From positions 1,145,717 through 1,209,716 of the forward strand of contig MU056898.1 of the NCBI GenBank assembly GCA_013239625.1: DNA of 64,000 nt, given 5' to 3'. The stretch comes from Lama guanicoe. Lineage: Eukaryota. Under the pieces are notes generated by a model. It searched no databases and had not been told where the DNA came from. It saw nothing but the letters and a program-made list of their open reading frames with translations. The position numbers and the translations under genes were made by a program. This document shows, piece by piece, positions 1 through 12,340 of the stretch (positions within the stretch are counted from its first letter, which is position 1; every line of letters begins with the position of its first letter).

Positions 1-440
1 TTTTTTTTTTTTAGATTCCACGTATGAGTGATATCATACGGTATTTTTCTTTCTGTTTCTGGCTTACTTCACTTAGAATGACAACCTCTAGGTCCATCCA
101 TGGTGCTGCAAATGGCATTATTTTATTCTTTTTTATGGCTGAGTAATATTCCATTGTATAAATATACTGCAGCTTCTTTATCAGTCGTCTGTCGATGGAC
201 ATTTGGGTTGTTTCCATATCTTGACTACTGTAAATAGTGCTGCTGTGAACACTGGGGAGCGTTTATCTTTTTGAATTAGAGTTCCCTCTGGATATATGCC
301 CAGGAGTGGAACTGCTGGGTCATAGGTTAAGTCTATTTTTAGTTTTTTGAGGACTCCACACACTGTTTTCCACAAGGCACCGAACTGCATTCCCCCCAGC
401 AGTGTGGGAGGCTCCCTTTTCTCCACGCCCTGCGGGAACG
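1..440 (-). mobile_element. LINE-1 fragment, ORF2 C-terminus (relatively young, frameshifted)
   Basis: Minus-strand peptides KKLKIDLTYDPAVPLLGIYP...FTAALFTVVKIWKQPKCPSTDD and YIYTMEYYSAIKKNKIMPFAAPWMDLEVVILSEVSQ are classic L1 ORF2 C-terminal sequence. The element runs off the window edge. Confidence 0.93.
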
Positions 441-739
441 TTCTTGAGCGCGCCTTCTGGACACGTGCACACACATGAGTCCTGTCTGCACGTCCCTGGG
501 AGGCCCCTGTGCCACCGCACTTCACTCACCTGCATAGCTGGTGGCAGTTTACCAGGGTGGCCGTGACCGTTTACACGCCTGCTGGGGAGGCACGGGCACC
601 CTGCCGCTTCAGAGCCTTGCTCACACTTGGCACCGTCTCCGTAACCTGAGGTGTCCCTGCCGGGGAGGGAGGGCCATGCCTCCTGTGTTTGTGGTGCCCA
701 GGGCACTGATGAGGTCACACACCTCTCCGCGTGTTTGGC

Positions 740-1030
740 GGCCTTGTGGAGGTCCACTCTGCTGGAGCCCCTTTCAAGCCCACTGCCCATTTCTCTTCCT
801 CCTGCCCTTTTTCTTCCTGACTTGCAGAAATTCTTCATATATTGTGGATCCTAGCTTTTTGTCAAGTGTTTGTCTTACAAATATCTTCTCTCTGCTTTTC
901 ACTCTCTTCAGTGCAACAGAGTTTTTGATCTTAGTGGGCTCTGATCTACCCGCGTGAAAGTTCCTTTATGGTTGCTATTTCCTGTGTCCTGTTTAGGAGA
1001 CCTTTGCTTGCCCCGAGGCGCTGGTGCGTC
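740..1030 (-). mobile_element. Old L1M-type ORF2 fragment
   Basis: T-rich stretch (aaatatcttctc...gagtttttgatcttagt...tttatggttgctatttcctgtgtcctgtttagga) resembles decayed antisense L1 ORF2. Boundaries approximate. Confidence 0.55.
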
Positions 1031-2049
1031 TGGCCGGCCTGGGGCTGCAGGGTTTGGCCGCTGCCTGGTTATTGGGCAGCTGTGCCCGGTCTCCCTGGGG
1101 GGCGCGCGAGGAGTGACTTTGTACCTCTGCGCCCGGAAGACTGTGGCCTGGACTTGACCTGGGTTCTTCCCAAGCTCTGTGACTGCCTCTTCCTCCCACT
1201 TGGCAGCCACCTAGGCACTCCACGGCCGTACCATACAGAGAAGAAAGCACGGCTTTTTCATCTCTGCCATCCTCAGAAGACCCCATCCCCCGGGTACTGA
1301 CCTGGGCCCCACTTAGAAGCCTGCAGGGTTCTGAGCCGGTCAGGGAGTTGGGGCAGTAAGACTGGCGGTAGAGGGGGTCTTGATCTGTCTGTCCTGGCTC
1401 CTCCTGGGCCGACCCAGAGGTGCTGCAGGGCTGCACTCTGATCTGCCCACTCCGGGGGTGGCCCCACCCTTGTCCCCGAGTTGGGCACGAGGGTGAACCC
1501 TGGTTGGACTCCAGGTGCCCACTGCAGAGCGAGGGGCGCCCCGGTTGCTGGTCCACCCTTCCAGGCCTGCTCCTCCCCTGGGCGGGACCTCTGTGTTCAG
1601 GATAGAGCTGCACTTTCTTCACCTGGTCCTGGAGGCCTGGGTGCACGTAGGCCAGTAAAATTACCCCAAGCACTTCGTCTTTCAGGGTCAGTTTGGGGCT
1701 GTCAGGGCCAGCCTGTCCGTCTCAGCCTGGAGCTCTGAGGCTGGGGCTGGTGGGAGTGGAGCGGGTCACGGCCCTGAGTGGCCAGCTAGGGGTCGGGGCA
1801 GCCTCCATCCCTGCATCCCGCCACGTCCTCAGCTCACTTCTGCCCGCGGGACGCTGCTGCCATGCTCTTTGGTTGCTGTTCGCATCACGCGATTGGCAGC
1901 AGACAGAACTGCTCTGTACCCGGCCAGCAGCACCCAGTGGAAAATGCCGCCTTGCTTGTTTCTGGAGCGGGTCAGCCGGGCGCCTCTGCTCAGGGACTCA
2001 CCAGCACTTGTCCACGTGGGGATGAGGAGACGGTCGCCATACGTGGACT

Positions 2050-2500
2050 CGGTCATTACAAAGTCATCAGGTCAAGCCAGCCCGGTTCTTGCTCTTCCAC
2101 TACTAATGACAAAACGATTTCTTTAAAGGTAAAACCAACAAACTTTCAATTTTACATCTCCCTCTTTGCTAGCCTGGAGATATAACAGAAGAGAGTCGTA
2201 GGGAGAGACGGCAGTTTGGAGATTTACTGGCCAATAAAGGAGACAATTACAGCTTGTTTATGAGAGGAAGCCCCCTCCCCGGCCCCTGCGTGGCATCGTC
2301 ACTCTGGTAATGATAACTCTGTAACCAGCTCGAAACCATAAAAGTCAATGTGAAGATATAGGATTTCAATAAAATTATGACACTCAATAAACCTTCCTGT
2401 TGGAAACAAATTTTCCACGGATATGTGACCAGTTCCAGTTGGATTTGTAACTTTAATTTCTCACTTATTGAATTTTTTTGTCATCAAGTAATTACGAAGC
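2050..2500. promoter_or_regulatory. AT-rich non-repetitive island, candidate conserved enhancer
   Basis: Sharp drop in GC, with CCAATAAA (2231), TTTATGA (2257), CCATAAAA (2336), TCAATAAAA (2366), CTCAATAAA (2383) and TAATTA. Not recognisable as a repeat. Confidence 0.5.
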
Positions 2501-4564
2501 CCGTGCTGGGGTGACAGCCTGGCTCGGAGCACAAGAGACCACTGAGCTCATTGGGCAAAGGGAGCAGGGTGGGAGGATCCAGGGACCCCCTGCAGCATCG
2601 CCAGGCTCACCTGACAAGGAAGGGCCTGGGCAGGCGGTGGGCAGCGTCATAGCTCGGGGTGGACGAGCACTTGGTGTGGGTCTCCCCCCGGGCAGTCAGG
2701 CCTCGGCTTCCGGAAGCACCGGCAGAGAGGATGTGGGTAGAGGGTCTGTGGCCCCGCCCCCCAGGTCAGTTCCAGTTCTCAGACTTGGCCCTGGAGCTGG
2801 TGCTGGTGCGGGCTGTGTCCACAGCTCACCTGACGCCCTGCCCTGTGGGGGACGGGTGTGGGGGCTGCGAAGGGACGCTGGCCTGGGTGCCTTCTCCAGC
2901 AGCTGTCCCAGAGCACGTATGACTACCTGGAGGTCCGTGTGCCGGTGTGGGTGAGGTCGCTCTGCTGTCATCGCAGGAGCCTCGCCATTCACAGGTGGCG
3001 GCTGGACGCTTGCTCCTTGATGGCATTGACCGTCACAGCCATCCTGTGAGACCTGCTGGTTACCCACCTCACTGATCACAGAGCGGAGGCTCAGGGGAAC
3101 TCAGGCGCCGGCCTCCGGTTGCCAGCTGGTCCAGAGCGGAGCGGGACTAGGACCCGGCCCCACTGCAACCCGCCTCTTCTTCCTGGGCTGTGCTGTCCCA
3201 GGCAAGGCCACTGGGCTGTGTGTCTTGCTCCCTAGTGTGGCCCACTCACCCCGGCGCCGCCGTCTCTGGGCCCCTGTTAAAAACGCAGACTCTCAGGCCC
3301 CACCCCAGCCTGCTGAGTCTGGAAAGACTTTTCACAAGTCCCGGGGGTGCGAGAGCACGGAGGGCTTGCTCCCGCGTTCTCCAGGGGAACTCGATTTTCC
3401 CTGATGGTGTGACAGCTGGTGTGACAGCTGGGAGGAGGGGGCGCCGGCCCTCAGCTCCTGCCTCACCTGTTAGGGACCCAGTCTCCATGCATGCTCGGGG
3501 TCAGGGCCAGAGAATCCAGTCCTGTGGTTACAGGCCTGCAGTCAGGGAGGGAGAAAGGCGGTGGGCGGCCCACGGGGAGACGGAGCCTCCTGTCCCCGTG
3601 CAGGCGCCCCTGCCACAGGCTGGCTGGAGGGCCTGGCTCCTGGACCAGAGACGCCTGAGCTCCGCGGCCCCACTCTTCTCCAGGAGGGCCTCTGCCTCCG
3701 TGAGCGTCTCAGGAGGAGCTGCCAGCCTCTCCTGAGCCCCCCTCATCCCAGCTCATGCTGTCGGCCTCCCCATGTCTAGCAGGGCACCACAGAGCAGCCC
3801 TCCTGGATGGCTCTGAGAGTCCTGGTGTGGCGTGGCCAGTGCCTCCCATGGAACCCGAGCCACGTCTTTCCTTGGCACCCTTTCTTCCCCAAGAAATGGA
3901 GGAGGGTGCTAGGTGTGGCTAGTGCACGGTGACGCGTGGGGTTGGGGCTTCCGGCTCCCCAGGGGTTCTGGGTGCACGAGGAGCCCACTGGGGCCAGAGC
4001 TGTTGCAGTGGGTGTCCCGGGACCTTTCGGAGAACTCTGGGCAGGTGGAGGGAGCGGTCTGTGTCTCGGTCCCCTCGGACACTTGCTGCCTCCCTGCCCT
4101 GCCTCACTCACCATGTCCCCTGCTCAGGACCCCTCTCTGAGTATTACTGGGTCAAAGGCCGGGTCAGAGGTCACGGGAGGAGGGGCACACAAACTCGCTT
4201 GCTGGTGGTGTTTCCCTCGGCCTGTTTGCTGGGACTCAGAAAGACACTGACCAGGGCACTGGCTGGGACGGGGCAGAGACCTTTTGCCCATCTAGGGACA
4301 CAGCGGACTCAGGAGAGGGTGGCCAGTGCCCACCACTGGCCCGTGAGGCCCTGACCACTGCAGGACTCTGCAGACACCGCCGCTCGAGGCCAGGTGCTCA
4401 GTGGGCCCAGGCTGAAGGTGGGCCCCGGCCTAGCTGGGCCTTCAGAGCAGCCAGGGCCACACGAGGGGCCCCCACCTGACGGCCTGCCCCCTGAACTGGA
4501 CCCCAAGCCCCAGGCTCCGCACCCCTCGCCCACCCAGGCCTGACCCTGGCGTCTGTGTCCACAG

Positions 4565-4705
4565 GAGCGGGACGGTATGCGCGCCATCCTGGGCTCCTAC
4601 GACAGTGAGCTGACCCCAGCCGAGTACTCGCCCCAGCTGACCCGCCGCATGCGCGAGGCCGAGGACATGCTGCAGAAGGCGCACGCCCACAGCTCAGAAA
4701 TGGAG
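4565..4705 (+). CDS. MAD1L1: MAD1L1 internal coding exon (141 nt, phase 0/0; about human exon 13)
   Basis: Encodes [47 protein letters not shown], nearly identical to the recalled human MAD1 coiled coil. Acceptor ctgaccctggcgtctgtgtccacag; donor GAG|gtgagc. Confidence 0.97.
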
Positions 4706-5971
4706 GTGAGCGTGTCCGTCTGTCTGTCTTTCTCCAGCGTGCCGGTTGCTACGCGCCCACCTCAGTCCTGACTGAGGGTAACTCCAGCTGCACGGAGTGA
4801 AGCTGCCTCGACAGCGCTGCTGTCACCCCACGGTTACTCCCTGTGGGACAGTGACGGGGACAGGTTTGCGGGGACAGCTCCCGCATCCCGGCAGTTTTTA
4901 TGTCCAGAGACCCTCCTGTCTGGCACCACACGTTCTCCAGCCGGTTCACTCGGAGGCCAACGGTTCTTGCGCCCCCAGTGCCACCCGTTCAAGGGCTTGT
5001 GTGTCATTGAGGAGGGGCGTCGGTGTCAGAACTCGGTGACCCTTGCCGGGCCTGCTCAGCCGGCCACAGCCCCTCCACTCTCCAGCCTCCACCCCTGGTG
5101 TCCGGGTTTGGGCACCTGCTCCCATTGGGCTCCTTGTCTTCCTCTCTGTGAGTCCTGCCTGCAGGAGTCAGACTCGCCCCATTTGCCTGGGCCTGTCCTG
5201 GTTTTGGGAGAGAAAGCCCCTGACCCCTCCTCCTTCCTGGGGTCAGCAGGGCAGTGTGGTGGTCACTAAGCCTTCCCGTCCAGTTCCCGGATTATGAAAA
5301 AATTCAGGGCAGGAAGATGTCACCAGCTCCACCAGCTTCACCGCCACGACCCTCTGTTCCTCTCTGTCGTCACCGCTGTGGATGCTCACACGTCCAGTCA
5401 GGTGCTGGGTGGCGGGCTCCAGGCAGGGGAACGGCCCCCCAGCCCGAGGAGCCGCCTCCGTCCCGTCCTGTCCCTGTTTTCTCTGGACGGGGGTGCTGCT
5501 GGCCTCCTGCCCTCCCCCCATGCCGGGCTGACCGGGATCTGGACTAGGATAGGGGACCTGACACTCCTGACTTTGAGGCCAGGGGTTACCCCGGGGACCG
5601 GCCTCAGTGCTCTGATGAGGGCTCTGTTCCCCGCCCAGCAAGGCCCTTGGGGGTGGGCCCTCACCGCCACACGCCCTGTGCCGCAGTTCCTGTAGGGGAG
5701 GGGGCCCCCTGTGCCCCGGCCTGGGCCTGAGCTGTTGTCCACGGGGAGGACCAAGCTTGCACTGGCAGCAGTGGGGCATCCCCGGGCAGGCTGCCTGGTC
5801 ACTGGCCCCTGGCCTTTCTGGAGCATCAGCAGGCAGGTGGGGAGGGGCTCGCTGCTTCCAGGTGCTGAGAATCACCCTCCTCTTCTGGGAAGTGGAGGTC
5901 CTGCTTGGGCTCCTTGTGACCTGGGGAGGGCCTGGGTCAGCTGTGTCTGGGGCTGCACGCCTCCTGGCGGC

Positions 5972-5990
5972 CACCACCAGGTGGCAGCAG
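5972..5990 (+). promoter_or_regulatory. Candidate CTCF-binding site
   Basis: CCACCAGGTGGCAGC (5974-5988) is a close match to the CTCF core CC(A/G)(C/G)(C/T)AG(A/G)(G/T)GGC(A/G)(C/G). Motif match only. Confidence 0.45.
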
Positions 5991-8900
5991 ACAAAGCCGG
6001 TGGGTCCTGCTTCCGCGCCGAGGCCTGGACCCGGGTGGGACGGGGCTGTGCCGAGGGGCCCCAGACTGCAGGGGGCTTCTCCTCAGCCTTGGTCCCCTTT
6101 CCTGCTTGTCGCCAAAACCCCTTCTCATCTCCTTCCAACCGTCCCTTAGAAGCTGTGCTGGGAGTCGGTGCCCTCCCTCCTTCCCCTCCCCCTCCCCCCA
6201 GTCATCCTCCAGCTGATCTGCTCCAGGCACCGCCTTGCATGCCCACCCCCTCGGGACCCCCCCCCACTCAACTGTGTGCGGGTCTGCCCAGAGCCGAGGG
6301 GGCTCGGTCAGGAGGAACTGCCTCCATGGGGGCTAGGGAGCTGCCTGGAGCAGGGTGAGGGTAGGGGTCCTAGGTGGGCAGGGCTGGTGACGCCGCCCCT
6401 GAGTTCAGGTCCGTGCCTGCAGCAGGGGCCTCTGCCCTCGGGCTGGTTGTCGGGTTAGGACAGGGCGTGTGGGGCACTCAGCGTTTCAGAGCCCGGCTCT
6501 CAATGCCTTTTTCTGACGTGAGTTACCCTCTTGCAGAGAGGTCAGACCCCTCGTGGCCATCATGCTGTCCAGTCGAGAAGGGGGTGGGCCTGGGTCTCCG
6601 GCAGCCAGAGCGCAGGCGGCCTGCAGTCCTGTCCACGATCCCTGGGTTCTACCCAGACACTCAATCACATCACAGAAGTCACAGGTCCAGGGAGACATGC
6701 ACGTGCAGAAGGCTAAGGCTTTCTTTCCCCTGTGGTTTATGGAGGGTGACACCTTTTTCAGTGGAAGTACGGTGTGGAAGGGGAGAAATTGGGAAGATGA
6801 CTTAAACCTTCACCTCCTTCCTATGCGTTACAGCCAGAGGCCCCACCTCCTCATCCCTGGTGGGGAAGCCAAGCTCTCTGGACGTGCCCCTCTGGGTCAT
6901 CTGGGCCCGTGCCGTGGTTAGCATCTGGGGGCTCCTCCTGTGGCCTCTGAGGTGTCTCCCCAGGTGTCCTGGAAAGTGTCCAGCCCTCACCGGGATGGCC
7001 CACCTCCCCTCAAGACCACAGCAGGTGCCCAGCAAGCCCCTGAGAGCGGTGTCATCGCTCTCCTGCAGCCCCCTGCCCTGGCTTCCCCAGGCGCAGACCC
7101 CTGAGGAAGGCCCACTGGTGGGTGGCCACTGACAGCTCCCTTGGACTTGGTCACCATCCAAGTTATGGTGAGAGTGAGTCAGGGAGAATGCAACCCCAAC
7201 TTTAGGGTCTCAGCCCATTAGCAAAGAAAAGGAAGGGGCTCAGCTGGGGGCAGGCCCGGGGGGAGTTCTCGGGTTCAAGAGAGAGCTGGGACAAGCTCTA
7301 GGGTGCAGTGGGTGTGAGGGCAGCGGCCTGGTGGGCGCGCCCTGTCCCTGGGTGAGAGTGGGTGACAGAGGCCTTCCTGGCCCGTGGGGACTACCCTGGC
7401 CGCTGTGATGACCGCCATCGCTTAGGCCAGGAGGACGGGGAGCACTGGAGCCAGAAGGGCGGGCTTGGGCTGCAGGCGGGAGCCCTGTGAGGTGGCAGCC
7501 ACAGGCTGTGGGGCAGGGCCTGCTCAGTCGGCAGTGGCCGGCCCTTCTCCCTGGAGACTCCAGGAGAGACTTGTCAGAGCCTCCTTTCAGGCAAAACACA
7601 AAACCCAGGATGCTGGGCTGACTGCCTTCAGTTCCAGTGATTTCCAGGGAGACCTGAGGGTCCTGCGCAGCTGCAGGTGGGGTGGTGGGTGGGGGTGGCG
7701 GGGGGGGTGAGGCGGTGAGTGATTCCTTCTCTCGGTGCATGTCTGCTGAGTACCTGCTCGGGGCAGCCTGGGGGTTCCGGGCCCAGACCTGCTTCCTGTC
7801 TCCAGCCAGACCGACCCTCCTTGGGGCACAGCTCAGTTACAGGGCACCCAGGTCTGTGAACCCAGCTCACCCTCTGAGGCCCTGAGCCTCTCAGTTGGCG
7901 CCTTCACGCTAATCCCGTTAGTGGCAATGATGGCCAGATGGCCGCCCTGTGCCCAGTGCTTCTGCCCCGGCGCTGTGCTCAGGGCGTGGTGGCTGCTGCC
8001 TCGTTTTGCAAGTGAGAACGCGAGGCTGGTCTCCCTGACTTTACCGTGCACGGCCCACCGCTTGTGCGCTCTCCCCACGCGGTGGGGGGGCCCTCCCAGC
8101 CCAGGCCCTAGGCCATCCGCCCCCCACCAGGCCTGGCCCCTTTGGCCGCTGCTGCTCAGCCCAGCCAGGCCTTCCTGCTTCCGGGGGACCGTCAGGCAGG
8201 GTAGGACCCAGGCCCGGACCTGCAGGCAGCCTGTGGCTCGGGGAGTGAGAGCCCCTGTGCGGCCTGGTTCTGCAGCCCCAGGAAGGGGGCAGGCTTAGAG
8301 GTGCCCCGCTTTGACCTCTGCCCCCGGGGCAGAGCGGCCCGCTGCTGGAGCCGGCCGCTGCAGGGCTGGACCCTGCAGGCTCTGGGGGGCCGTTTCCCTG
8401 TTGTTCTGTTAAACAGTAACATCTCGTCGTGTATCGGAAGCTCGGAGAATTACCGGCACCTGGAGACTTTAGAAGCTGCTTCAAGCTGCCAGTCGGAAGT
8501 GTATTAGTTGAGCATCAGACATTGACGCACGGGAAGTTATGTAACTTTATGGAACTCGTTTGTAAGGGCTCCTTAGAGCCTCCCCGACAACTGAGAAGCA
8601 AGCACCTTTTGGGGGCGTTTCGTTCTGTCTTAGGAGCCGTGCGGGGAAAACACCCCCACAGCCGAGCGGCCGGATGGCATGGACGGAGCAGCTTCCCTCC
8701 CTGCCCACCCGAGAGCGCGCAGGGTGGGCGCCCAGGGATGGCGCGTGCCGTCGCCCCGGCCCCACCCCACCCCCACCTCCACGGAGCTCTTCTGTCTGTC
8801 TGTTTGGTCTTCTTCCGTCTCCTCCCTTACTCCTTCCTGTTCTCTCTCCTCTGTCCCGTCTCACCCTCTCTGCCCCTCTCCTCCTGGGCTGTCTCTCACC

Positions 8901-10314
8901 CCGTCCCTCCCCCCAGGCTCCCATCTCTTCTCATCTGGGGGTCAGCGGCCTTTGTCTGTGGAGTGAAGACAGTAAATGCTGCGGGCCGTGCGGTGTCTGT
9001 GCGTGAGGAGGGCCCGACCCATGGCCCGAGCCCGCAGGGGCAGCTGGAGAGCAGCCGGCTGCGGTAGCGGGTGGCTGAGGCTCCGTGCCGATAAAACTTT
9101 GTTGACGAAACAGGGTAGGCTGGGCTTGGTGCGGGCTGCTCCAGCCCCTCCGTCCTGGCGCCCTCCCGCGGGCTCCGTCGACCTGCCTGTCCGCCTGGCG
9201 GGACAGGAGCAGGGGCAGACGCGGGGCGGGCACGGGCGCGGGGCCTGGAAGCCCGTCCGCTTCTCCCGGAGCCCTTGCATTTCACCCACGTAGCTTAATC
9301 AGTCACTTCTGATGCAGAACGTGTTTTGATTCCGGCAAAAACATTTCAGTAAAACGAACCGGAAGTTTTGAGATTGGGAGAATCCCAGCAGCCCGTCTCT
9401 GGCGAGGTTTGGGCCACTCTGCATGGATTTTATTCCACTTAATAAAGCGGCTGCAGGAGCTGGAGCATATGTCACGAATCCTCCCCTGCTGACGGAGCGA
9501 CGGTCACGCAGCTCACGCCGCCTTGGTTCAACATATCGGCCTGATTTGTTTTTCCAGTTTATTTAATTAAAACAGATGACGGTGCTGGCGGCTGCATGCA
9601 GGTCTGTGGGAAATCGCAGCTTCAGATTAGAGTGCACCTCATGCTGACCGCCAGCCTGGGGAAGGGGGACCCACAGCAGCTCCACGGCCCCACTTCTCCC
9701 GTGACTTCTCTGTGGGCTCACGGACCCTGTTCCTGTCGCCGGCTCCTGGCCCTGGGGGATTTGACTGCAGGAAGAACGTCAGGTTTTGAACCCTGGCTTG
9801 TTCACCAGATCCAGTCTTTGTTCTCAGGAACGCGTGTGTTCAGCGCTCCCCTTGTGTAAAGCACTCGGATGACCGTCCTGCAGAAAGCTCACAGGGAACC
9901 AGCTGCAGTCCTGAGACAGAGTCACGTGGAGAAACAGGAGGAGGGGAGTGGGGCAGTGACACCAGAGACCCGGGCTCTGGGAGCCCTCTGCCTTAGTGCA
10001 GGCGGCCGGGTTCTCCGCATCGCGTGAGGGTGCCGGCTCCCTGCCCGGGACGGGCGTCAGCACAGGACTCCCAGCCGAACGGTGGTGACAGAGGTCTTGG
10101 TGGGAGGTGCTTGCAGCAAAAACAGTGGCTCCTCTTTGCTGGGCAGTTGCGCTGTGCCAGATTCTTACGTGCTTTCTGTGTAATTCTCACAACCACTCTG
10201 GAAGGTAGGAATCACGTTCCCGTCTAGGGACCGGTAACCGATGCTCTGGGGGATGGAAGCCTGCAGACACCCTGCACTTCCCCAGCTCTACTGAGGCGCA
10301 AGTGACCAATCAGA

Positions 10315-12340
10315 GGGGGTGTATTTAAAGTGCACCATGTGACGCTCTGATAACACGCTTTTGTACGTGGTGAACTGATGGTCACAGTTCAGGTGATTTA
10401 AATAAGCAGCTGCATCTCTCACATGTTGTTGTGTGGGGGGAGACTCAAGACCTGCTCTCAACACGTTTCCCGTACGTGACGCATTGCCCTTGATGGTGGT
10501 CGCACCGTTGTACGTTAGGTCTGCGGGTCTTGGTCTCCTGTCGCTGGGGGTCTGTGCCCCTTGACCAGCCCCTCCAGCCCCGCCATCCTCCTGCCTCCCC
10601 TGTGGACCCAGGCAGCCACCTGCTCAGTTCCTACGAGTTCGACTGTTTCAGATTCCGGTGTGGGATCTGAAAGTGGGATCGTGCACGAGCTCTCTTTCTG
10701 TGTCCGGCCGCCTCACTCAGCATCGCGTCCTCTGGGTTCCTCCATGTGACATGAGTGACAGGATCTGCTCCGTTTTTAAGCTTGAACCATCTGTCTATAC
10801 GTGCTGTATACATGCCACGTCCTTGTTCATTCACCACCGTGAGACACTGGGTTGTTCCCACGTCTTGGCTGCTGTGGACGTGGGGTGCAGGCGTCTCCTT
10901 GAGATGTGATTTTATGTGTTTTGGATGTATTCCCAGGAGTGGGACTGCTGAATCACATAGTAGTTCTATGTTTAATTTTCTGAGGAACCTCCACGCTGCT
11001 TCCCACAGTGGATGCACTGATGTTCGCTCCCCCAGGCCATGCACAGCACACACTCACCACCACCGGCCACCTGTTGTCTCTCTGATGACACCATCCTACG
11101 GACGTGGGCTGACGTACCATTGTGGTTTGGCTGGCTTGTCCCTGATGACTAGCGAGGTGGAGTGCCCCTTCATTTATCTGCCAGCCATTCTTACTCTTCT
11201 TTGGAAAAGCCTCTGTGTAGAAACTCTCACCGTCTTTTAACTAGCTGTTTGCTTTTTTGTTATTCAGTTGTGTGAGTTCCTTGTCTGTATTGGATGTTAA
11301 CCTTTTATTTGACATGTGGTTTGCAAATATTTTCTCCTGTTCATAGGCTGCCTTTCATTTTGTTTCCTTTGCTGTGCAGAAACTTTTTAGTTTGTTTTTT
11401 CTATTCCTATAAAAAATGCCATTGGAATTTCGTTGGAGGCTGCACTGAATCGGAAGATTGGTTTGGCAAGTATGGAGAGTTTACCAATATTACTTCTAAC
11501 CCACGAACACAGAGTGCCTCTCCACTCATTTATATCACCTTCAGTTTCTGTCATCTGCGTCTTACAGCTTGGAGTGTACACAGATCTTAACCTCCGTGGT
11601 TAAATTTATTCCTAGGTGCTTGCTTGTTTTTTGTTGCTGTTGTAATTGGGGCTGTTCCATTCCTTTTTCAGATGCTCCATTGTTAGTGTATAGACATGCA
11701 GCTTATTTCTGTATGTTGATTTTGTGCCACTTTACCGAGTCTGTTCCTTGGTTCTGTTTTCTGGTGGGATTTTAGGGTCAGGTCAGCTGCACAGAGGCTC
11801 AGTTTTACTTCTTCCTTTCCTGCTCAGATGCCTTTTCTTTCTTTTTCTTGCCTTATTGCACAGGCCAGGACTCCCAGTACTCTGCTGAATGCGGGTGGTG
11901 GGAGAGGCTGTCTTTGCCTTGTTCCTGGTCTTAGAAGAAAAACTCCCAGCGTTTCACTGTTGAATATGGTATTAGCTGTGGGCTTGTCACATGTGGCCTT
12001 ATTATGCTGAAGTACATTCCTTTGGCACCTAATTAATTTTGGACATGAAAGGATGTTAATCTTTGTCAGGCATTTATTGAGGTGACCCTGTTACGCTTCT
12101 CCTTCAGTCTGTTACCGTGGTGTTTCATTTGATTGCTTGGTGGGTATTGAACCACCCTTGTATTCCATGGCTGAATCCCACTTGATCATGGTGTATGATT
12201 TTTCTTAATGTATTGTTGAGTTCAGTTTGCTAGTATTTTGTTGAGGATTTTTGCATCGTGTTTATCAAGGATTTGGCCTGTGGTGTGTTGCTTGCTTTTT
12301 CACTGTGGCATCCTGTCTGGCTTTGGTATCAGGTGCCCCA
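10315..12340 (-). mobile_element. LINE-1 (L1MA9/10-like) 3' UTR plus ORF2 pieces
   Basis: Minus ORF 10631-11053 contains WRFLRKLNIELLCDSAVPLLGIHPK, and 11387-11581 contains CSWVRSNIGKLSILAKPIFRFSA (L1 ORF2). The 3' end resembles L1MA9-class UTR. Subfamily from memory. Confidence 0.88.

Noticed and set aside
1-12. Poly(T) as the L1 poly(A) tail
   Set aside because: It abuts the ORF2 stop codon, where L1s have an internal A-run, and the window edge hides any 3' UTR or TSD.
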